Below, piece after piece: positions 58,397-64,000 of a stretch of 64,000 bases of DNA (its first letter is position 1; every line of letters begins with the position of its first letter). The position numbers were made by a program, and so were the translations under genes. Under the pieces are notes generated by a model. That model was not told the origin of the DNA. It did not search any database and worked only from the letters and a program-made list of their open reading frames with translations. Origin of the DNA: a virus; IMG/VR virus record IMGVR_UViG_3300037245_001077, positions 112,534 to 176,533 of that record. One strand, written 5' to 3'.

Positions 58397-58434
58397 ATGC
58401 GCAGCCTGCTACTTGTGGGCTGCGCATCTTTATT
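58397..58434 (+). terminator. Probable intrinsic terminator after the lysis block
   Basis: Perfect 10-bp stem ATGCGCAGCC/GGCTGCGCAT followed by CTTTATT; a small C(TTCG)G hairpin lies just upstream. Confidence 0.7.
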
Positions 58435-58483
58435 GTATAATACTGCTCGTGTTTTGAGCAAGTGGAGGTATTATGAGGAAAAC

Positions 58484-59713
58484 ATGCAACCCGAAGGTCG
58501 CAGTATGAGTATCCCCAATGACAAACAACAAACAATATCCCATGAAACCCTAGCCGATGGAACCATTCTGGTTTCTATCACTCCCATTGTTACAAACGCC
58601 CAAAGCTTTCAAGTAGACGAACTTGGTACACGTCACTTTGGTTTTAGAACTGAGAAAGATATCCGGGCTGTCTGTAATATCCCCGATGACTACGACACAG
58701 TTGTCATCAAACCAAACAATTGGGTTCAGCAAGATGAAAATGGGCCATTCATTGCCCACCAATCCAAAGGGACGTTCGCTCCCCCACACCCAGGAAGATA
58801 CGTTGCTGAGGCTCTCATCAACGAGTTAAAAGGGGTATCACCTGTAGTACCTTCCATCCACCCGTTTGAGCGGCCTGAGGGCACGCCTAAGCGTATGCTG
58901 GAGATCTCTGTAATGGACCCACACATTGGGTTGTATTGTTTTGCTCCGGGGGCTGACGCTTACTACGATTTTGACTTAGCTGAGAAGCTTTACCTCTGGG
59001 CCGTCAAAGAGCTGTCAATCATTGGAGCAGGCTACGGAGAGGTAGAAGAGATCCTCTTCCCCATTGGCAACGACTTCATCCATGCAGAGATGATGTCTCT
59101 CGGTGGTAAGGGAGTTCATGCTACTGCTGGGGGTACACCTCAGCCGGAGATGATCTCTTGGCATGAGACGTACATGCGTGGAGCAGCAATATTGCGTAAG
59201 GCTATTCTGTATATTAGCCAAATAGCTCCTGTCACCGTGCTCCAGATTCCTGGCAACCATGACAGATATTCGAGCTACACCATGGGGATGCTCATGGGAG
59301 CTTACTTTGAGAACAATGAGAACGTCACCATAGACTGCTCTGCAAGCCCCTACAAGTTCAAGAGGTACGGATGCAACCTCATAGGCTTCGAACACGGTCA
59401 CAGCGTGGCACAGATACGTCTAGCGGCTCTCATGGCCAACGAGAGACCTAAGGACTGGGCCGAGACCAAGTATCGTGAGTGGCACCTTGGTGACCAACAC
59501 AGGAAGGGTAGTTCTAAGCCTTCTGTACTGGAAGAGCAAGGCGTTAGCGTGGAGTTCCTGCCTTCGATCACAGCCCCTAACGAGTGGCATAGGTTGAAGA
59601 GCTTTAACTGGCAGAAGAGAGGCGCAATGGCGTGGCTGTGGGACTATGACACTGGTCCACTGGCCCGTTTCCAGGTCAATATTGATAGGGAAGGTAATCC
59701 CTACGGCTCCTAA
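58484..59713 (+). CDS. Calcineurin-like metallophosphoesterase
   Basis: D.HIG, GND.IH, PGNHD, EHGH and GD.H motifs; start probably ATG 58484 or 58505, since ATG 58397 lies inside the hairpin. Confidence 0.88.
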   Translation: MQPEGRSMSIPNDKQQTISHETLADGTILVSITPIVTNAQSFQVDELGTRHFGFRTEKDIRAVCNIPDDYDTVVIKPNNWVQQDENGPFIAHQSKGTFAPPHPGRYVAEALINELKGVSPVVPSIHPFERPEGTPKRMLEISVMDPHIGLYCFAPGADAYYDFDLAEKLYLWAVKELSIIGAGYGEVEEILFPIGNDFIHAEMMSLGGKGVHATAGGTPQPEMISWHETYMRGAAILRKAILYISQIAPVTVLQIPGNHDRYSSYTMGMLMGAYFENNENVTIDCSASPYKFKRYGCNLIGFEHGHSVAQIRLAALMANERPKDWAETKYREWHLGDQHRKGSSKPSVLEEQGVSVEFLPSITAPNEWHRLKSFNWQKRGAMAWLWDYDTGPLARFQVNIDREGNPYGS

Positions 59714-59724
59714 GGAGGAACACA

Positions 59725-60066
59725 ATGGATCTGTCTTTCGCAATGGACCCCTTGTACTGGGGTTGGTTAGCAATTCTTGCAGTGGTAGCTTTCTTTCAGA
59801 ATATGGCGTTCACGTGGGTCTCTCGGAGTCGTAACTCGGGAGACCCGCACTACCATAGGTACGCCGCGTGGTGTTCCAATGGTATCTGGCTGTTGTGCTT
59901 CCTTATGATCTGGAGTAAGGTATGGGAAGCCTTCGAGTCTACCAACTACATAGAGATGGTCCCACTATTCATCGTCTACATCTTAGCCACTGCCGAAGGC
60001 AGCGTCTTCATGATGAAGATCTTGCTCAAGAGAGAAAAGGGCAAGCAGCAGGTAGGCGCACGATAA
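59725..60066 (+). CDS. Small membrane protein (three TM-like segments)
   Basis: SD AAGGAGG; hydrophobic segments. Confidence 0.75.
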   Translation: MDLSFAMDPLYWGWLAILAVVAFFQNMAFTWVSRSRNSGDPHYHRYAAWCSNGIWLLCFLMIWSKVWEAFESTNYIEMVPLFIVYILATAEGSVFMMKILLKREKGKQQVGAR

Positions 60067-60102
60067 CTCTGCTTTATTAGCTGACAATATGAGGAGGTTC
60101 CT

Positions 60103-60408
60103 ATGGCTATAGGTGCGGTGACGGTGCTAACGTTTGTGTGGTCCTATGTTATCCCTGTCCTTCGAGATGGTGTAAAGGTGATTAACAAAGGGACATACAA
60201 GTTCATTAAAAATCGTGTAGACGACGCAGATATCTTAGAGCTGAGTGGGCTGGAGAAGCGCACCACCGTCTACACAGAGGCCGTAGTGTGGCTTCAAGAT
60301 AAGGGTGTGGATACTACCCTGTATTCTTCTGCTCTTATCTATTTGCTGCTTGAAATTGCGGTAGCGAACCTGAAGAAGAAGCAGAAGAGACTCGTTAGAA
60401 CTGGTTGA
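60103..60408 (+). CDS. Holin-like protein with an N-terminal TM segment
   Basis: N-terminal hydrophobic segment, SG.EK...V...L..KG, LLEIAV; SD GAGGAGG. Confidence 0.5.
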   Translation: MAIGAVTVLTFVWSYVIPVLRDGVKVINKGTYKFIKNRVDDADILELSGLEKRTTVYTEAVVWLQDKGVDTTLYSSALIYLLLEIAVANLKKKQKRLVRTG

Positions 60409-60449
60409 TATCTTCAGGCAAATGCGGTATGGTGGACATGGAGGAAATT

Positions 60450-60752
60450 GTGAACACTACCGATCTAAAAAATTATTTGTATAAACGAGCGATTACCTTA
60501 TTCGATCCCCCTCTCACACGAGACGACATCTCGGTGATGGTAGACATGACACTCGACGGTATGACGAAGGCCCTAACAGAAGAGGACGATGATGGAGAGC
60601 GTAAGATGCTCCTTCGTGGCTTCGGTACGCTACGTGTAGTCCAGAGAAAGGGTAGGACGTATAGCGTGAGAGGTAAGGAGGTCGTTGTAGGAGACAGAGA
60701 TACAGTGACATTCAAGCCTGGTGCAGAGCTAGCAAGGACAATCAAAGAGTAA
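60450..60752 (+). CDS. Second HU/IHF-family protein
   Basis: GTG start after GGAGG gives MNTTDLK; LRGFGTL.V..RKGR, VTFKPG.EL...IK. Confidence 0.88.
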   Translation: MNTTDLKNYLYKRAITLFDPPLTRDDISVMVDMTLDGMTKALTEEDDDGERKMLLRGFGTLRVVQRKGRTYSVRGKEVVVGDRDTVTFKPGAELARTIKE

Positions 60753-60755
60753 GGG

Positions 60756-60784
60756 TTGACATCCGTGACTTCCTAATATACACT
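60756..60784 (+). promoter_or_regulatory. Sigma70-type promoter upstream of the putative sRNA
   Basis: TTGACA-N17-TACACT. Confidence 0.8.
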
Positions 60785-60790
60785 CTAAAG

Positions 60791-60881
60791 GTCGTTGGTG
60801 AATGGTTGGTTGCACGCCTTTCCCCACCAGCGGCACGGCTCCTAAGGGAGACTCTTCCTAGCCTGAGAGTCTTCCTTTTTT
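60791..60881 (+). ncRNA. Putative ~90-nt small RNA (5' hairpin plus terminator hairpin)
   Basis: Own promoter; 10-bp stem 60791-60800/60825-60834; ends in a terminator; contains no SD-led ORF. Confidence 0.6.
60844..60881 (+). terminator. Intrinsic terminator
   Basis: Stem AAGGGAGACTCT/AGAGTCTTCCTT running into a T-tract. Confidence 0.85.
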
Positions 60882-60901
60882 ATTGGGCAACCAATTCCTC
60901 C

Positions 60902-60931
60902 TTGACATAGAACATTAGTTGTGTATACAAT
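60902..60931 (+). promoter_or_regulatory. Sigma70-type promoter, probably giving a leaderless mRNA
   Basis: TTGACA-N18-TACAAT; only 6 nt separate the -10 box from ATG 60938, and there is no SD. Confidence 0.75.
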
Positions 60932-60937
60932 GAAATT

Positions 60938-61525
60938 ATGAAGTTTGAACGTAACGCCCAAGGCAACCTGAAAAAGACCAGCAACATCAAGCCTCCGAGG
61001 TACATGGACTACAGCCCTAAGGACACCATCAGGATCCTCTTCGGCATTGTCAAGTGCCAGTTCCTTACCCCATACCCACGTCCCTTAGACGACGCTCTCT
61101 CGGCTTACTATCCGGGGTTCATTCATACTGCTGCGTATAAGGCTCAACAATGGGATGGTAAACATAGGTTTATTACTCGCGCCGGATACTTCCCGACAGG
61201 GCTATTGCCCGTAGTATATGCCATCCTAAAGACAGGTAATAACCCCCTAATTCTCCCCGATAAAAACAAATATCAGGTACTTAAAATTCTCCCTAAAAAT
61301 GTTGTAGTCGTTACTAAAAAGGACGCCCAATACTACCACCCAGGTTTCGTTACCATGTACATCGACTTCGTCGATGTGCTGGGAGGATTGGATGAAGAGA
61401 GTGGTACCTTCCCCTATTCCGGTGCTTGTCTGAACGGTTGGAAGAAGGTTGAAGATACCAACCCCCTAGCCAAGCAAACTCTCAAACTTGCCAGGGGCCT
61501 CCACGTTGGCAAAACTAATCACTGA
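60938..61525 (+). CDS. Stand-alone UvsW N-terminal-domain protein
   Basis: LDDALSAYYPGF.HT.AYK..QWDGK.RF.....FPTGLL matches the N-terminal motif of UvsW-type helicases. Confidence 0.75.
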   Translation: MKFERNAQGNLKKTSNIKPPRYMDYSPKDTIRILFGIVKCQFLTPYPRPLDDALSAYYPGFIHTAAYKAQQWDGKHRFITRAGYFPTGLLPVVYAILKTGNNPLILPDKNKYQVLKILPKNVVVVTKKDAQYYHPGFVTMYIDFVDVLGGLDEESGTFPYSGACLNGWKKVEDTNPLAKQTLKLARGLHVGKTNH

Positions 61526-61656
61526 GACAGCGTCTCAGGGATGTTTGTATGAGGTATATACACGAAGTGTTATACCGAATGCAAACTCTATAGGGTTATA
61601 AGAGGGGAGTATGAGGGGGGAAAGAAGGGGGCAGCAGCCCTCTTAAAAATCCGGCC

Positions 61657-61685
61657 TTGACAAGACGCCAGTCCGCTGTTAGGCT
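61657..61685 (+). promoter_or_regulatory. Sigma70-type promoter for the helicase core gene
   Basis: TTGACA-N17-TAGGCT with an extended TG. Confidence 0.6.
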
Positions 61686-61715
61686 AGGACTCCACCTCAA
61701 GAAAGAGGTAGGAGC

Positions 61716-63035
61716 ATGGGAGGCTACGTGGGATCCAGTGCAATATTTCAAATCACAAGCTGGCAGCAGCTAGCAGATCATTTCCCAGGAATACAACCTA
61801 TTGCAGACCTTGAACTTAGCGAGGACATCGAGTTCCGAAGCTACCAAGCTGCTGCTACAACCACAGCCATCTTCTCAGGCTTCCGTGGTGTAGTGAGGGC
61901 GGCAACAGGTTCAGGTAAGACCCTTATCTCAGCAGCAATCTGTGGAGCCATGCTCCCCAAGCGATCCGTGATCATGATTCACGGCAGGGAGCTTGTGTCC
62001 CAAACATACAAAACTCTAACAACGTACCTTGGAAAAGAAACTGTAGGCGTAATCAGCACCGATGAATTTAACCCTAAAGCAATAACCATAGCGTCCATTG
62101 ACACGTTTTCGTTCTACATGGGCAAGTTACCCGTCAACCAAAAGACTCGCGTACCCATAATGGATCCTAAAGAATTTGAAAGACTAGCTGACAAGTTTGC
62201 TAACTACCTTGAAAATGAAATAGATATGCTCGTCTTCGATGAAGTACACCACGGATCAGCCGACACGTGGCAGGCCATAGGTAAGTACAGTAAAGCCTAC
62301 TATCGAGTAGGGTTAAGCGGTACACCCCTCAAGCAGGATGTCCTTTCAGACATGCTCATGATGAGCCTAGTGGGGCCTGTGATCTTTGATCTCAATGCCC
62401 CTTGGCTCCAGCGTGAAGGGTACTTGGCCGAGGCACGGTTGGAGATCCGTACCCTCGATTACACCACACCTAAAACTCGTGGACTCAAATGGCAAGACGC
62501 AAAGAAAAAACTTTTAGTTGAAAATACAGAACGTACCGCTCACATTGCAGGAGATATCGCTCAAGATATTTCCGCGCCTGAAACACGTTTACTTGTTTTA
62601 ACCGGAAACTCTGTTGACATTGCAGAAAATTTAGAAGAAGAACTAATCGCGTTGGCAAGACCACTCACACGAAAACTTGGTTACAGACCTTTCGTAATGA
62701 TAACTGGGAAAACAAATCCGCGTAAAGTTTCTAAAGCATTCAAAGATTTACGTACAGGTGATGTGCGGTGCGTTATAACCACCAAGCTGGCTGATGAGGG
62801 CATTGACGTGCCCAACATCAACCTGCTCTACCTCGTTGGAGGTGGTAAGGCATACGTCTCCACTGTTCAGCGCATCGGAAGAGGGCTACGGGTGAAAGAC
62901 GGGGGCGAGGAGCTTCTCGTGGTGGACTACTTCACTCGTGGCAATAAGTACTTGGAGAAGCATGACCGTAAGCGATTGAAGACCTACGAGGAGGAAGCCT
63001 TCTTCAAGGAGGTCACCACTCACGATGTGGGTTGA
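61716..63035 (+). CDS. uvsW: SF2 helicase core, UvsW-like, lacking the N-terminal domain
   Basis: RSYQ, ATGSGKT, DEVHH, GLSGTP, EGIDVPN, QRIGRGLR. Confidence 0.9.
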   Translation: MGGYVGSSAIFQITSWQQLADHFPGIQPIADLELSEDIEFRSYQAAATTTAIFSGFRGVVRAATGSGKTLISAAICGAMLPKRSVIMIHGRELVSQTYKTLTTYLGKETVGVISTDEFNPKAITIASIDTFSFYMGKLPVNQKTRVPIMDPKEFERLADKFANYLENEIDMLVFDEVHHGSADTWQAIGKYSKAYYRVGLSGTPLKQDVLSDMLMMSLVGPVIFDLNAPWLQREGYLAEARLEIRTLDYTTPKTRGLKWQDAKKKLLVENTERTAHIAGDIAQDISAPETRLLVLTGNSVDIAENLEEELIALARPLTRKLGYRPFVMITGKTNPRKVSKAFKDLRTGDVRCVITTKLADEGIDVPNINLLYLVGGGKAYVSTVQRIGRGLRVKDGGEELLVVDYFTRGNKYLEKHDRKRLKTYEEEAFFKEVTTHDVG

Positions 63036-64000
63036 AGAAGCCTACCCGGAGTACGCCTACGAAGACCCCGACTACGAGGACGCGGAGAACCTTAGTGATG
63101 TCCGAATTCTTCGGTTGGTCAAGACCTACCATGATCTCGTATCCCAGCGGTACGACAACGACAACCCTTATCCCTACACGAACTTCAAGAGGACGCCAGA
63201 AAATAGATACCTTAAGCAGCAGGGCAAACGCTACTATAAACGGCTTATGTATATTGGAGATCGTTTAGAAGACCGAGACCCGGCTCTCTTCATGGCTTTT
63301 GTTTTTGAGTTATGGTGGAACCGTAAATACTACCATATTTACAAGCACCTTGGAGTGAAGGAGCAACCAGGGATTCAGTTCCCCTCTATGTATGTCATCC
63401 TTGAGTATAAAGAGGAGCTGGTAAAACTCTTCATGGATAAGATTGATTATAGACCCAAGGACTTTATCCCCAAGGATGAACACCGTAGCCGAAGAAAAGA
63501 AGCCATGAAGGGCAAGGTAGATCGGTGGTGTTCTTGCTTTGAGAAGACTCCGTGGGATTACTGGTTGAAGCCTAGGCATCTCCACCCTGACCTTATCTCT
63601 GCCCGAGACCTAGACCATGCAGAGAGCTTCTGGGAGTTGGACGAGCGGTTTCAGAAGGAGTTTGGGGTATCGGCCCAGGAAATTCGTGATAACTTGGAGA
63701 AGTCCGAAGGTATACTCGAAAGGGAGAGGGATAAGATTTACAAGAAGACTGTGGCACGGAACAACAGGTTACGGGCGCAAGGACTCCCTCCACAGTACAA
63801 TCATGTGCTCACTATCCCTAACGAGGAGATTTTTGATGAGTACACTCTACTGAGGATTGATTATTGTCAGACAGCCCTGAACGAGGGCATAGATGTTACG
63901 ACTGAGGAGTTTGAACGGGAGATGGAAGACGCCATTAATCCAATAGACCCTGATAACCCGGACACCGTGATGTACTACCACTATGGTGTTGGGGATGGAC
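63025..64000 (+). CDS. Hypothetical protein, 3'-truncated (not in the ORF track)
   Basis: Hand translation from ATG 63025 (MWVEEAYPEYAYEDPDYEDAENL...) stays open for 325 codons to the window end; AAGGAGG upstream. Confidence 0.8.
   Translation, partial: MWVEEAYPEYAYEDPDYEDAENLSDVRILRLVKTYHDLVSQRYDNDNPYPYTNFKRTPENRYLKQQGKRYYKRLMYIGDRLEDRDPALFMAFVFELWWNRKYYHIYKHLGVKEQPGIQFPSMYVILEYKEELVKLFMDKIDYRPKDFIPKDEHRSRRKEAMKGKVDRWCSCFEKTPWDYWLKPRHLHPDLISARDLDHAESFWELDERFQKEFGVSAQEIRDNLEKSEGILERERDKIYKKTVARNNRLRAQGLPPQYNHVLTIPNEEIFDEYTLLRIDYCQTALNEGIDVTTEEFEREMEDAINPIDPDNPDTVMYYHYGVGDG

Noticed and set aside
60791-60881. tRNA
   Set aside because: No cloverleaf, T-loop GTTC or CCA end; it folds as two hairpins
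61526-61715. Group I/II intron or intein splitting the helicase
   Set aside because: Only 190 nt, no recognisable catalytic core or intein motifs, and the downstream ORF has its own promoter and SD; RT-PCR would settle it
63032-63853. Track ORFs 63032-63268 and 63617-63853
   Set aside because: They are out-of-frame shadows of the longer ORF starting at 63025
1-64000. Minus-strand ORFs in the track (e.g. 975-1460, 16579-17229, 28204-28842)
   Set aside because: Nearly all are antisense shadows of well-supported plus-strand genes, with no motifs recognised
1-64000. Stop-codon reassignment
   Set aside because: Conserved genes are full length in the standard code and end properly at TAA, TAG and TGA

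Overview
The window is a gene-dense, entirely plus-strand segment of a large tailed bacteriophage with a contractile tail and a T4-like (Tevenvirinae-type) virion module. In order it carries: a 5'-truncated gp20-like portal; a ~12.5 kb block of mostly unassignable head-region genes, many extremely Lys/Arg-rich; a gp21-like prohead protease fused to an acidic scaffold; a gp23-like major capsid protein; neck and terminator genes; sheath and tube; a gp26/gp51-like chaperone pair; tape measure; baseplate genes (tube initiator, LysM/gp53, hub, gp5 spike, PAAR-like, gp25, gp6/J, gp7/P2-I); fibre and NHL-propeller proteins; and a lysis block. The amidase endolysin, strong GGAGG Shine-Dalgarno (SD) sites and TTGACA promoters point to a bacterial host. 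After a metallophosphoesterase and a second HU-like gene, the replication side begins with sigma70-type promoters, a probable ~90-nt sRNA and a UvsW-like helicase split into two ORFs around a structured, G-tract-rich spacer. The most interesting signals are: (1) a family of hyper-basic proteins with short (hydrophobic)-x-E leaders and Gly/Ala hydrophobic segments, possibly a protease-matured internal/ejected core; (2) a probable +1 frameshift joining the gp26- and gp51-like ORFs; (3) the split UvsW, structured spacer and sRNA locus; (4) one beta-module reused in capsid, sheath and baseplate, with nested insertions; (5) a catalytically dead papain-like protein and a basic/acidic dual-start repeat protein. 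All assignments come from motif recognition and gene order by eye; no database searches or folding calculations were run.
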